Notes: generated by a model from the letters alone, not told the origin. DNA of 64,000 bases from Actinomycetes bacterium (GCA_021793675.1 JAJYSG010000004.1:2536-66535), one strand, 5' to 3'. Positions 1 to 9,249 are shown, counted from the first letter of the stretch. Program-made: numbers and translations.

Positions 1-448
1 CGCGCGCGTGCTGCGCTCGGCGCCGCCCACCCCCTACGCGCACCGGAACATCGGCGCCGTCGCCTCGCTCGGCATGTACCAGGGCGTGGCCCAGATGTTC
101 GGCCGGTTCAAGGTGCGCGGCTTCCCCGCGTGGGTGCTGCACCGCACGTACCACGTCTTCGCGATGCCGACCTGGAACCGCAAGATCCGCATCATGGCCG
201 GCTGGACCTGGTCGCTGCTGCTGCGACGCGAGGTCATCGCGCTCGGCTCGCTGCAGGACCCACGCGCGGAGTTCCTCGCGGCCGCGGTGGGCGGGCCGTC
301 GCCGGACGCTCCTCCGGCCGCCGCGCCGTCCGGGGCCGGCCCGGCCTCGAACGGGTCCGACGAGCGGACCGCGCCGAGCCGCACGGCAGCGAGCGGTACA
401 GCACCGAGCGCTGCGGTGGCCGGCAGCGGGACCGGCGCCCGGGCCTGA
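1..448 (+). CDS. NAD(P)/FAD-dependent oxidoreductase (type II NADH dehydrogenase-like), 3' part; 5' end outside window
   Basis: C-terminal motif YAHRNIGAVASLG...GFPAWVLHRTYH typical of NDH-2 family. Confidence 0.8.
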   Translation, partial: ARVLRSAPPTPYAHRNIGAVASLGMYQGVAQMFGRFKVRGFPAWVLHRTYHVFAMPTWNRKIRIMAGWTWSLLLRREVIALGSLQDPRAEFLAAAVGGPSPDAPPAAAPSGAGPASNGSDERTAPSRTAASGTAPSAAVAGSGTGARA

Positions 449-529
449 GCGGGTCCGTGCCCGCGGTGCACGTCCGTCACCCTTCCCGCACGTCGGGGTG
501 CGCGGCGAGCCGTCGCCCGCGGGCGTCGG

Positions 530-1339
530 TCAGTCGGGGTCGTCGGCGTCGATGGGCGCGTGGTGGTCGAGGCCGGCGACGCCGCGCCGCCAGTACCCGC
601 TCGCGATGACCTGCTGCGGCGGCAGGCCCAGCTCCCGGCGCAGGTAGCGCCGCAGGGGGACGAGCATGGTGGCCTCACCCGCGAGGAAGGCGACGGTCCC
701 CGCGTCGATCGGCATGGCGCGGAGCTCGCTCTCGAGCTCGAGTCCGGCGCGGATCGTCGCACGCTGCGCGCCGGTGACCCCGTCGAAGTAGCGCGTGGCG
801 TCGTCGGGTGCCCCGGGGGCGTCCAGGAGCAGCGTCACCGGCACGGCGGGGGGCGCCAGGCGCAGCCAGCGCGCGGCGGCGGGGAACGCGGACTCGTCGG
901 CGACGAGCACGAGGGCCGTCAGCCCGTCGGGTACGAGCTTGGAGGTCTTCGGACCGGCGACGACGAGCGGGTCGCCGACGGCGGCGCGGCTCGCCCACGC
1001 GGAGGCGGGCCCGGCGTCTCCGTGCAGCACCATGTCCAGGTCCAGCTCGCCGGGACGGTGGTCGGCGGGCGTGTAGTCGCGGGAGATGACGGTTCCGGGC
1101 GCGGACAGCCCCAGGCCTCCGGCGTGGAAGCCGGGCGTGGCGATGCGCCCGGTGGCCGGATCGGGGAAGAACACCTTGAGGTGGTCGGTGGGGCCCTCGG
1201 CGGCGAAGCCGTCGAGCTCGCCGGTGAGCGTGATCCGCACGATGCGCGAGGTGACCTGGCGCACGGCGGCGACGTTCAGGCGGCGCTGTCGCAGCTCGTG
1301 CCGCACGTGGCTGCGGGTCAGCGAGATCGGTTCGGTCAT
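530..1339 (-). CDS. Siderophore-interacting protein (FAD-binding ViuB/SIP family)
   Basis: DHLKVFFP, SRDYTP, HGDAGPASAWA, ADESAFPA, SGYWRRG motifs; ATG at 1339 (MTEPISL). Confidence 0.92.
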   Translation of the reverse strand: MTEPISLTRSHVRHELRQRRLNVAAVRQVTSRIVRITLTGELDGFAAEGPTDHLKVFFPDPATGRIATPGFHAGGLGLSAPGTVISRDYTPADHRPGELDLDMVLHGDAGPASAWASRAAVGDPLVVAGPKTSKLVPDGLTALVLVADESAFPAAARWLRLAPPAVPVTLLLDAPGAPDDATRYFDGVTGAQRATIRAGLELESELRAMPIDAGTVAFLAGEATMLVPLRRYLRRELGLPPQQVIASGYWRRGVAGLDHHAPIDADDPD

Positions 1340-1432
1340 GCCCCACGGTAACCGGCGGCCCCACGGTGACCGGCGCCGGCAGCCGCCGGGCGTTCGCGTT
1401 CCTCGTGGCGGGCCGGGTGCGAGGATGGCCGA

Positions 1433-1506
1433 GCCCCCGTAGCCCAACCGGCAGAGGCAGTCGGCTTAAAACCGATCGAGTGCGGGTTCGAGCCCCGCCG
1501 GGGGCA
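1433..1506 (+). tRNA. tRNA-Leu(TAA), 74 nt, short variable loop, CCA not encoded
   Basis: Acceptor stem GCCCCCG/CGGGGGC, discriminator A; anticodon stem GTCGG/CCGAT with loop CTTAAAA (TAA at 1467-1469); T arm GCGGG-TTCGAGC-CCCGC. Confidence 0.95.
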
Positions 1507-1531
1507 CCCCGCCGAGGCAGGCCGCGGGGCG

Positions 1532-1876
1532 TCAGGCCGAGGGGCCGGGCTCGTCGGGCGGCCGGTCCGTCTGCTCGCGGTGCCGGCGTTCGCGTTCCCG
1601 CTGCTGGTTGCTGCGGGCGATCGCGGCGAGGAACTCGGGATCGTCGTCCGGCGCGCTGGGCCGTCCGCGGGCCGACGAGAACCGCACGCGGCCGCCCGGG
1701 CGCGCAGGACGGCCGGCGAGCAGCCAGGCCAGGGGCCCGAGGAACGGGACCACGAGGACGATGAGCAGCCACACCGGCCTGGGAAGCCTCCGGACGTGCG
1801 CGGCGTCGGACTGCGCCAGGTCGATGGAGCAGTACACCAGCAACGCGATCCACAGCAGGACCGGCAGGTAGCGCAT
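1532..1876 (-). CDS. PLD nuclease N-terminal (PLDc_N) domain small membrane protein
   Basis: Two hydrophobic helices, LPRPVWLLIVLVVPFLGPLAWL, then APDDDPEFL motif; GAGGAGG RBS before ATG 1876. Confidence 0.85.
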   Translation of the reverse strand: MRYLPVLLWIALLVYCSIDLAQSDAAHVRRLPRPVWLLIVLVVPFLGPLAWLLAGRPARPGGRVRFSSARGRPSAPDDDPEFLAAIARSNQQRERERRHREQTDRPPDEPGPSA

Positions 1877-2025
1877 GGCGCCTCCTCGGGACGGGCCTGC
1901 AGCCGACGGTAGCTCATGGCGCGGCCTGCGCGGCGCCGCAGACCACGCGGCCACCGACCGTTCAGGAAAGTCCCAGGCTGCGGGCGTATACCCTGACGTC
2001 GAGGCTCCGACCCCAGGAGGTCACC

Positions 2026-2874
2026 ATGGCCAACCCCGTGTTCGACAACGACCCGGTCTTCGGCGACCCGCGGCGCCGGCCCAACGGGCGGCGCGCCGTG
2101 GTCGCGCAGCCGAGCGTCGACCCCGTCACGCTCGAGCAGATGTACTCCGCGCCGTCGGCCACCGCGCGCGAGACCGGGCGGCTGACGTACGACGACGTCA
2201 TCGTGCGGACCGCAGGGCTGCTCACCCTGCTGGCGGCCGTCGCCGCCGGCACCTGGTACGGCACCGAGCACGGCATCCTGCCGGCGAGCACGTGGCTCAT
2301 CGGCATGGTGGTCGGCCTGGTGCTCGGCATGGTCAACGCGTTCAAGCGGCAGCCCAGCCCGGTGCTCATCACGCTCTACACGGCGGCGGAGGGCGTGTTC
2401 CTCGGCGGCATCAGCCTGGTGTTCACCGCGCTGCCGGTCACCGGGACCGGCACCGGCAACGCCCAGCCGATCGTGCTGCAGGCCGTCCTGGGGACGTTCG
2501 CGACGTTCGGCGCCGCGCTCTGGCTGTTCAGCTCGGGCCGGGTGCGCGTCACCGCGAAGTTCGTGCGGTGGCTCATCGTCGCGATGGTCGGCTACCTGGT
2601 GTTCCAGCTGGCCAACGTGGTGCTGTCGTTCTTCGTCGCGGGCGACGCCTTCGGGCCGTTGCGCTCCGGCGGCTGGGGCCTGCTCATCGGTGTCTTCGCG
2701 GTGGGCCTGGCTGCGGCGAACCTCATCGTCGACTTCGACGCGATCAAGCGCGGCGTCGTCGCCGGTGCGCCGCGCCGGTACGCCTGGACGGCGGCGTTCG
2801 GGCTCGTCGTGACCCTCGTCTGGCTCTACCTCGAGATGCTGCGGATCTTCGCGATCCTGTCCGGCCGACGCTGA
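2026..2874 (+). CDS. Bax inhibitor-1/YccA family membrane protein
   Basis: About 7 TM helices, DFDAIKRGV and LVWLYLEMLR motifs; AGGAGG RBS. Confidence 0.9.
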   Translation: MANPVFDNDPVFGDPRRRPNGRRAVVAQPSVDPVTLEQMYSAPSATARETGRLTYDDVIVRTAGLLTLLAAVAAGTWYGTEHGILPASTWLIGMVVGLVLGMVNAFKRQPSPVLITLYTAAEGVFLGGISLVFTALPVTGTGTGNAQPIVLQAVLGTFATFGAALWLFSSGRVRVTAKFVRWLIVAMVGYLVFQLANVVLSFFVAGDAFGPLRSGGWGLLIGVFAVGLAAANLIVDFDAIKRGVVAGAPRRYAWTAAFGLVVTLVWLYLEMLRIFAILSGRR

Positions 2875-2941
2875 GCCGTCACGCGCGCCCGGATCGTGTC
2901 GCCTCACGGCGCCGTCCGGGTGCGGATGGCACGCTGACCCG

Positions 2942-4327
2942 GTGAAGTACGTCGAGCACGTCGCCGACCTCGTCGGCGGCACGCCCCTGGTGCGGTTGTC
3001 CGCGGTGACGGCCGGCCTGGCCACGACCGTCCTGGCCAAGGTCGAGTACCTCAACCCGGGCGGGTCGATCAAGGACCGCATCGCGTGGGCCATGGTCGAG
3101 GCCGCCGAAGCCAGCGGCGCGCTGCGGCCGGGCGGCACCATCGTCGAGCCGACGAGCGGGAACACCGGGGTCGGGCTCGCGCTCGTCGCGCAGCGCCGCG
3201 GCTACCGCTGCGTCTTCGTCTGCCCGGACAAGGTGAGCCCGGACAAGCGGGACGTGCTGCGGGCCTACGGCGCCGAGGTCGTCGTCACACCGACGGCGGT
3301 GCCGGTCGAGCACCCGGACTCCTACTACTCGGTGTCCGACCGGTTGGTGCGCGAGATCCCTGGTGCGTGGAAGCCGGACCAGTACTCCAACCCCGAGGGG
3401 CCGGCCTCGCACTACCGGTCGACGGGGCCGGAGATCTGGGCGGACACGTCCGGACGGGTGACGCACCTGGTCGCGGGGATCGGCACCGGCGGCACCATCA
3501 CCGGCACCGGCCGCTACCTGCACGAGGTCTCCTCGGGCAGGGTCCGGGTGGTCGGCGCGGACCCTGCCGGGTCGGTGTACTCCGGTGGTGACGGGCGTCC
3601 CTACCTCGTCGAGGGCGTGGGCGAGGACTTCTGGCCGGCGGCCTACGACGCGGCGGTGCCCGACGAGGTCATCGCCGTCAGCGACGCGGACGCGTTCGCC
3701 ATGACGCGGCGGCTGGCGCGCGAGGAGGGGCTGCTCGTCGGAGGCTCGAGCGGCATGGCGGTGGTCGCTGCGCTGCGTCTCGCGCAGCGGCTGCAGCACG
3801 AGGCCCCGGCCGCCGCGGCCGAGGCCGTGATCGTCGTGATCCTGCCCGACTCCGGACGGGGCTACCTGTCCAAGATCTTCAACGACGCGTGGATGCGCTC
3901 GTACGGCTTCCTGACGACGAGCTCGGGCGCGACCGTCGCCGACGTGCTCACGACGAAGACCGGTGTGCTGCCCGACCTGGTCCACACCCACCCGAACGAG
4001 ACCGTGCGCGACGCGATCGAGATCCTGCGCGAGTACGGCGTGTCGCAGATGCCGGTCGTGGGGGCCGAGCCGCCGGTGACCATCGGCGAGGTCGCCGGGT
4101 CGGTGTCCGAGCGCGCGCTGCTCGACGCCGTGTTCTCGGGCGAGGCGGCCCTGTCCGACCGCGTGGACCGGCACATGTCACCGCCGCTGCCGCTCGTCGG
4201 GGTGGGGGAGCACGTGGAGTCGGCGCGGTCGGCGCTGCAGAAGGCGGACGCGCTGCTTGTCGTCGACGACGGCCGCCCGGTCGGGGTGGTCACCCGGCTG
4301 GACCTGCTGGCGTTCCTCGCCCGCTGA
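2942..4327 (+). CDS. cbs: Cystathionine beta-synthase with C-terminal CBS domains
   Basis: KVEYLNPGGSIKDR PLP lysine motif, EPTSGNTG, GIGTGGT, PDSGRGYLSK, C-terminal CBS pair. Confidence 0.95.
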   Translation: MKYVEHVADLVGGTPLVRLSAVTAGLATTVLAKVEYLNPGGSIKDRIAWAMVEAAEASGALRPGGTIVEPTSGNTGVGLALVAQRRGYRCVFVCPDKVSPDKRDVLRAYGAEVVVTPTAVPVEHPDSYYSVSDRLVREIPGAWKPDQYSNPEGPASHYRSTGPEIWADTSGRVTHLVAGIGTGGTITGTGRYLHEVSSGRVRVVGADPAGSVYSGGDGRPYLVEGVGEDFWPAAYDAAVPDEVIAVSDADAFAMTRRLAREEGLLVGGSSGMAVVAALRLAQRLQHEAPAAAAEAVIVVILPDSGRGYLSKIFNDAWMRSYGFLTTSSGATVADVLTTKTGVLPDLVHTHPNETVRDAIEILREYGVSQMPVVGAEPPVTIGEVAGSVSERALLDAVFSGEAALSDRVDRHMSPPLPLVGVGEHVESARSALQKADALLVVDDGRPVGVVTRLDLLAFLAR

Positions 4328-4424
4328 ACCGGGAACCCGCCGCGACGCGTCCGTGGCCACCGGATCGTCGCACGGCGGGCCGGCGGGCCGGCGTCGACCC
4401 GGTGCGAAGAACCCTGCTCTGACC

Positions 4425-4453
4425 TGGACAGACGCCATGGACAGACGCCATGG
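4425..4453. repeat. 13-bp tandem repeat TGGACAGACGCCA x2 plus TGG in HNH gene promoter region
   Basis: Seen directly. Confidence 0.85.
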
Positions 4454-4466
4454 GGTTGGCGTAGTA

Positions 4467-4482
4467 TCGAACACATGTTCGC
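4467..4482. promoter_or_regulatory. LexA (SOS) box overlapping start codon of HNH gene
   Basis: TCGAAC-ACAT-GTTCGC versus actinobacterial consensus TCGAAC-N4-GTTCGA; -10-like TAGTAT at 4462-4467. Confidence 0.85.
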
Positions 4483-6223
4483 ATGTGCGGAGGTGGTCGA
4501 CGTGGGCGGCGCGGTGCCGTCCGACGGCGCGCGCGCCGCGGACGTGTGGACCGCTGCGGGGTTCGAGAGCGGGCCGGTGGGCCCGGTGCCGGCACCCGAG
4601 GATCCGGCCGCCGGCGGGCCGGGCTGCTGGGAGCGGCTCGACGACCCGCACGCTGACGACTGGTGGGTCCCCGACGCCCGCGCCGCACTGGCGGGCGTCA
4701 CCGTGCCGACGGGCGACGGGAGGGTGGTCGGCGAGGGCGTGGGGGCCGACGGCGAACCCTCCGGGTCGTCGCCGGCGTGGGGGTCGGCCGAGTGTCTGGA
4801 GCGCCTCGCCCCGGGCGCCGGCCTGGCCCAGGTGCTGGAGCTCGCGGAGCCGGCCCTGCTGGCGGACGCGGGGCTGGTGGAGGCGGTGGTGGCGGCGGGG
4901 CGGTTGGCGGCGTGGGCGTGCCTGCAGGCGGCCTTGCTGGCGGCGGAGCTGTCGCGGCGGGGGTCGATGAACCCGGACTGGGGTCTGCCGGTGCCGTCTC
5001 GGACCTGTGTGGCGGGCGACGAGCTGGCGATGCGGCTGGGTTGGTCGCGGCCGGCGGCCGGCCGGCTGGTGCGCGACGGGCGGGCGCTGGAGGCCGAGCT
5101 GCTGCCGGTGGCTGACGCCGTTCGCGCTGGTCTGGTGGACGTCGTCAAGCTGCGGGTGCTGACCGACCGGTTGGCGGGCCGCGCCTACCAGCTGACCTGG
5201 CCGGTGCTCGAAGAGGTGCTGCCTGGCGCCCCGCTGCGCACCCCGACGCAGCTGGCCGCCGACGTGGACCGGGCGCTGCTGCGCGTGGACCCGGCGGATG
5301 CCGGGGTCCGGTTGCCCGCGGCGATCGCGGCCCGGCACGTGTGCCGCCCGCGCCGCCTGCCCGACGGCATGGCCGGCATCTGGGCCGTGCTGCCCGCGGT
5401 GGATGCGGCGCGCATCGACGGCACGCTGGAGGCCACCTCCCGTGCGGCCCGGGCCGGCGGCGACCGGCGCACGCTGGACCAGCTGCGGGCCGACACGTTG
5501 ACCAGCCTGGCCACCGGGAGCGCACTGCTGGCCGCAGCAGCGTTCGCCAGCGACGGCGCGGACCACCCGTGCCACGAGCCGGACGAGCCGGACGAGCCGG
5601 ACGAACCGGTGGGGCCGCCAGGGGGCGGCCCGCCGGGGCGCCGGGCGCCGGGCATCCGGATCCCCAGGGTGCGCATCGACGTGAGCGTGGCGTTGAGCAC
5701 GCTGCTGGGGATGGACGAGGCGCCCGGCGAGCTGGCCGGGCTGGGTCCCATCCCCGCCGAGCAGGCCCGCGCCCTGGCGGCCGGCGGCACCTGGCGACGC
5801 CTGGTCACCGACCCGTTGACCGGCGCGGTGCTGGACGTGGGGCGCACCCGCTACCGGCCGCCACGGCCGATCGCCGAGCACGTGCTGGCCCGCGACCAGG
5901 TCTGCGCCGCACCCGGCTGCAGCGTGCCCGGACACCGCTGCGACCTGGACCACACCACCGAGTACCACGCCACCCCCGCCAACGGCTCACCCACCCGCGG
6001 CACCACGAGTGCCGCCAACCTCGGACCACTGTCCGCACGGTGCCACCGGCTGAAGACCGACGGCGGCTTCACCCTCACCCAAACCGCACCCGGCACCTTC
6101 GCATGGCACACCCCCGCCGGCCTGACCTACCGCGTCACCCCTGGCAACCACGGCCACACCGAACGACTCGGGCCGCAGCGGGACCGTCCGAGCGCCGGCT
6201 ACCCCGACGAACCGCCGTTCTGA
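4475..6223 (+). CDS. DUF222 / HNH endonuclease domain protein (13E12-repeat family)
   Basis: RTLDQLRADTL, GELAGLGPIP, WRRLVTDP, RYRPP, RDQVCAAPGC...CDLDH...NLGPLSARCHRLKT, WHTPAG. Confidence 0.92.
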   Translation: MFACAEVVDVGGAVPSDGARAADVWTAAGFESGPVGPVPAPEDPAAGGPGCWERLDDPHADDWWVPDARAALAGVTVPTGDGRVVGEGVGADGEPSGSSPAWGSAECLERLAPGAGLAQVLELAEPALLADAGLVEAVVAAGRLAAWACLQAALLAAELSRRGSMNPDWGLPVPSRTCVAGDELAMRLGWSRPAAGRLVRDGRALEAELLPVADAVRAGLVDVVKLRVLTDRLAGRAYQLTWPVLEEVLPGAPLRTPTQLAADVDRALLRVDPADAGVRLPAAIAARHVCRPRRLPDGMAGIWAVLPAVDAARIDGTLEATSRAARAGGDRRTLDQLRADTLTSLATGSALLAAAAFASDGADHPCHEPDEPDEPDEPVGPPGGGPPGRRAPGIRIPRVRIDVSVALSTLLGMDEAPGELAGLGPIPAEQARALAAGGTWRRLVTDPLTGAVLDVGRTRYRPPRPIAEHVLARDQVCAAPGCSVPGHRCDLDHTTEYHATPANGSPTRGTTSAANLGPLSARCHRLKTDGGFTLTQTAPGTFAWHTPAGLTYRVTPGNHGHTERLGPQRDRPSAGYPDEPPF

Positions 6224-6312
6224 GCCCCGGGGCCCCGGCGCGGGAGGGTGCGGCACCGGCGGTCATAGGGTTTCGTCGTCCCGTTCCCGATCACGACGAG
6301 GAGCCCATTCCG

Positions 6313-7305
6313 GTGGCCATCTTCGACCTGCCGCTGTCCGAGCTGGAGCGCTACCTGCCGGAGGTCGACGAGCCCGCCGACTTCGACGACTTCTGGCGGT
6401 CGACCCTGGACGAGGCCCGCGGGCACGACCTCGCCCTCGAGGTGACGCCGGTGGATGCCGGGCTGTCCCTGGTGGACGTGCTCGACGTGACGTTCGCCGG
6501 CTTCGGCGGCCACCCCATCAAGGCCTGGGTGCTGCGACCCGCCGGATCGGCTTCCTCGGGCCGGGCGCTGCCGGCGGTCGTCGAGTACATCGGCTACGGC
6601 GGCGGCCGGGGGCTGCCGATCGAGCGGTTGGCTTGGGCGAGTGCCGGCTACGTGCACCTGATCATGGACACGCGCGGCCAGGGATCGACCTGGTCGGTGG
6701 GCGCGACGCCGGACCCGGTGGGCAGCGACGCCGCCTACCCGGGCTACATGACGCGAGGCATCCTCGACCCCTCGTCGTACTACTACCGCCGGGTGATGAC
6801 CGACGCGGTGCGGGCCGTGGATGCGGTGCGTGCGCTCCCCGGCGTCGACCCGGCCCGGGTCGCGGTGACCGGGGGCAGCCAGGGCGGCGGGCTGACGCTC
6901 GCGGCGGCAGGGCTGGCCGAGGGGCTCGTCGCGGCGATGCCGGACGTGCCGTTCCTCACCCACTACCGGCGTGCGATGGACGTCACCGACGAGTTCCCGT
7001 ACCAGGAGATCGTCCAGTACCTGAAGAACCACCGTGACCGTGAGGCGGCGGTGCTCCGGACGCTGGCGTACCACGACGGCCTGTCGTTCGTGCGGCGGGC
7101 GACGGCTCCGGCGTTGTTCTCCGTGGGGCTGCGTGACACGACGTGCCCACCGTCGACGGTGTTCGCCGCTCTGCACCACTACGGCGCGCTGGCCGGCGTG
7201 CGGCCGACGACGGAGATCGCCGTCTACCCCTACAACATGCACGAGGGTGGTCAGGCGTTCCAGCTCAGCCGCCAGATCGCCTGGCTCGGCGCACTGCTGT
7301 CGTGA
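6313..7305 (+). CDS. Acetyl xylan esterase / cephalosporin-C deacetylase (CE7)
   Basis: EPADFDDFW, EYIGYGGGRG, DTRGQG, GGSQGGG nucleophile, HEGG; GAGGAG RBS before GTG 6313. Confidence 0.93.
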   Translation: MAIFDLPLSELERYLPEVDEPADFDDFWRSTLDEARGHDLALEVTPVDAGLSLVDVLDVTFAGFGGHPIKAWVLRPAGSASSGRALPAVVEYIGYGGGRGLPIERLAWASAGYVHLIMDTRGQGSTWSVGATPDPVGSDAAYPGYMTRGILDPSSYYYRRVMTDAVRAVDAVRALPGVDPARVAVTGGSQGGGLTLAAAGLAEGLVAAMPDVPFLTHYRRAMDVTDEFPYQEIVQYLKNHRDREAAVLRTLAYHDGLSFVRRATAPALFSVGLRDTTCPPSTVFAALHHYGALAGVRPTTEIAVYPYNMHEGGQAFQLSRQIAWLGALLS

Positions 7306-7347
7306 CGGCGGGCATCGACGGTGCGGGGGCATGTGAGGATGTTCGCC

Positions 7348-7752
7348 ATGACTGATGCGCTCCCTGTCGCCACCGGCGCGTTCGGCGACAAGCCGACCCT
7401 GACCTTCCCGGCCGAGCCGGCGCCCGCCGAGCTCGTCGTGCACGTGCTGGAGCGCGGCACCGGCGACCTCGTCGAGGCCGGCCAGGACATCGAGGTCAAC
7501 TACCTCGGCCAGGTCTGGGGCGGCGCGATCTTCGACTCGTCGTACGACCGCGGGGAGTCCATCAGCTTCCCGATCGGCGTCGGCATGGTCATCGCCGGCT
7601 GGGACGACGGGCTGGTGGGCCAGCCGATCGGGTCGCGGCTGCTGCTGTCGATCCCGTCGCACCTCGGGTACGGCGACCGCGGTGTGCCGGCCGCCGGCAT
7701 CCGCGGCGGCGACACGCTGGTGTTCGTGGTGGACGTCCTCGGCGCCAGCTGA
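7348..7752 (+). CDS. FKBP-type peptidyl-prolyl cis-trans isomerase
   Basis: FDSSYDRG, VIAGWDDGL, IPSHLGYG, TLVFVVD. Confidence 0.95.
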   Translation: MTDALPVATGAFGDKPTLTFPAEPAPAELVVHVLERGTGDLVEAGQDIEVNYLGQVWGGAIFDSSYDRGESISFPIGVGMVIAGWDDGLVGQPIGSRLLLSIPSHLGYGDRGVPAAGIRGGDTLVFVVDVLGAS

Positions 7753-7764
7753 GGGGTGTCCGGC

Positions 7765-8388
7765 TCAGCGCAGGCCGGCGACGAGGGTGTCGAGGAGGTA
7801 GCGGAAGCTCATCTCGACGTCCTCCGGCAGCCCGAACCCGCCACCGAGCTCGAGCTCGACGAAGCCGTGCACGGCGGCGCGGATGGCGCGCACCTGGTCG
7901 ACCCATCGGTGGGCTGGTAGGCCGAGCTGGCGCACGGCACGCGCGACGAGCTCTACCGGCCCGGCCGATCCCGGGCCGAGCGCGGCGGTCTCGGCGCTCT
8001 GCACGGCGCGGTACCGGCCGGGATGGGCCAGGGCGTAGGCGCGGATGGCCGCGGCCAACGCCCGGACCGCCTCGGCTCCGGCGAGGGTGGCGCGGCGGTC
8101 GTCGTCCGCCGGGGCGTCCTTGTGCGCCGCGGCGTCCTCGAGATCGGTGGCGGGCCGTGCGATCGCGCGGGCCATCGCGTCGGTGAGGTCTGCGACGCAC
8201 CGCGCTGCGACCGCCGAGCGGAGCCCCGGTAGACCGTCGACGTGCTTGTAGAGGCTGGGCACGGCGACCCCGGCGCGGTGCGCCACCGTCGACAGGGCGA
8301 GGTCGCTCCACCCCGAGGGGCCGCCGTCGTCCACCACGCTCAGCGCGAGGTCGACGACCGCCTGCCTGCTCAGCCCGGCGCGCGGCAC
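7765..8388 (-). CDS. TetR/AcrR regulator with WHG-type C-terminal domain
   Basis: N-terminal HTH (VAHRAGVAVPSLYKHV), HPGRY, AVHGFVELELGGGF. Confidence 0.9.
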   Translation of the reverse strand: MPRAGLSRQAVVDLALSVVDDGGPSGWSDLALSTVAHRAGVAVPSLYKHVDGLPGLRSAVAARCVADLTDAMARAIARPATDLEDAAAHKDAPADDDRRATLAGAEAVRALAAAIRAYALAHPGRYRAVQSAETAALGPGSAGPVELVARAVRQLGLPAHRWVDQVRAIRAAVHGFVELELGGGFGLPEDVEMSFRYLLDTLVAGLR

Positions 8389-8389
8389 G

Positions 8390-9214
8390 TCAGCGGTCCT
8401 GGGCCGGGAGCGCGGCGAGGAAGTCGAGCACGGCGGGTACGACGACCTCCGGCGCCTGGTGCTGCGGGTAGTGCGCCACGTCGTCGAGCAGCTCGACGCG
8501 CGCGCCGATCTCCTCTAGCCACGCGGCCTCGGCGACCGGGTCGTGGTAGTCCGGGTCCCGGCGCCCGACGAACGCCAGCATCGGCACGTGGATCTCCGGC
8601 AGCCGCGGGGTCACCGGCGCGTGCGTGAGCTGCATGGTCAGCGAGCGGAACTGCGCCAGGTGGGCGGGTTCCCGCATCGAGGCGCCGATCGCGGCGATGT
8701 GCTCCTCGAGCCACGGCGCCTTCCGGCCGCGGTTGAGCGTGCCGCGGTAGTAGCTGGTCCAGAGAGCGGCGCCCCACGGCCGCGCGAACAGCAGCGGGTA
8801 CAGCAACCGCGCCGCCGCGCCCGACGACGGGTTGCGCAGCAGCGGCCCGGTGAGGACCAGCGCCGCGACGGCGTCGGGCCGCTCAGCCGTGGCGTAGGCG
8901 ACGGACGCCGCGCCCATGGAGTTGCCGACGAGCACGGCGGGGCCGCCGCCGAGCGCGTCCACCAGCGCCAGCACGTCCGCGGCGGTGGCGATGTCGCCGT
9001 GGGTCCGGAAGGTGGTGTCGGAGTCGCCGTGGCCGCGCAGGTCGGTGACGGCGACGCGGTACCCGGCGTCGACCAGCGGCCCGACGAGCTCACGCCACGT
9101 CGAACGCAGGTCGCCCATGCCGGGCACGAGGACGACGAGCCGGCCATCGGCCGGTCCGTCGACGGTGTACGCGACGCGGCCCTCGGGCCGCTGGATGAAC
9201 TGGACTGTGCTCAT
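8390..9214 (-). CDS. Alpha/beta fold hydrolase
   Basis: DLRGHGDS, GNSMG nucleophile elbow, catalytic His in AHYP. Confidence 0.92.
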   Translation of the reverse strand: MSTVQFIQRPEGRVAYTVDGPADGRLVVLVPGMGDLRSTWRELVGPLVDAGYRVAVTDLRGHGDSDTTFRTHGDIATAADVLALVDALGGGPAVLVGNSMGAASVAYATAERPDAVAALVLTGPLLRNPSSGAAARLLYPLLFARPWGAALWTSYYRGTLNRGRKAPWLEEHIAAIGASMREPAHLAQFRSLTMQLTHAPVTPRLPEIHVPMLAFVGRRDPDYHDPVAEAAWLEEIGARVELLDDVAHYPQHQAPEVVVPAVLDFLAALPAQDR

Positions 9215-9220
9215 GTCCCA

Positions 9221-9249
9221 AAGCTAAGACCATTAGCCAAGCGCGTCAA
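9221..9249 (-). promoter_or_regulatory. Sigma-70-type promoter TTGACG-17bp-TAGCTT with palindromic operator GCTAA-N5-TTAGC (9223-9237); leaderless transcript likely
   Basis: Hexamers and 17-bp spacing seen; ATG 9214 lies 6 nt after the -10; palindrome probably bound by the co-transcribed TetR (inference). Confidence 0.75.

Noticed and set aside
1340-1432. IdeR/DtxR iron box expected upstream of the siderophore-interacting protein
   Set aside because: No TTAGGTTAGGCTAACCTAA-like sequence; only a short CCCACGGT(A/G)ACCGGCG duplication.
1433-1540. tRNA-Leu as an integration site
   Set aside because: No integrase nearby and no duplicated tRNA 3' end noticed in the window.
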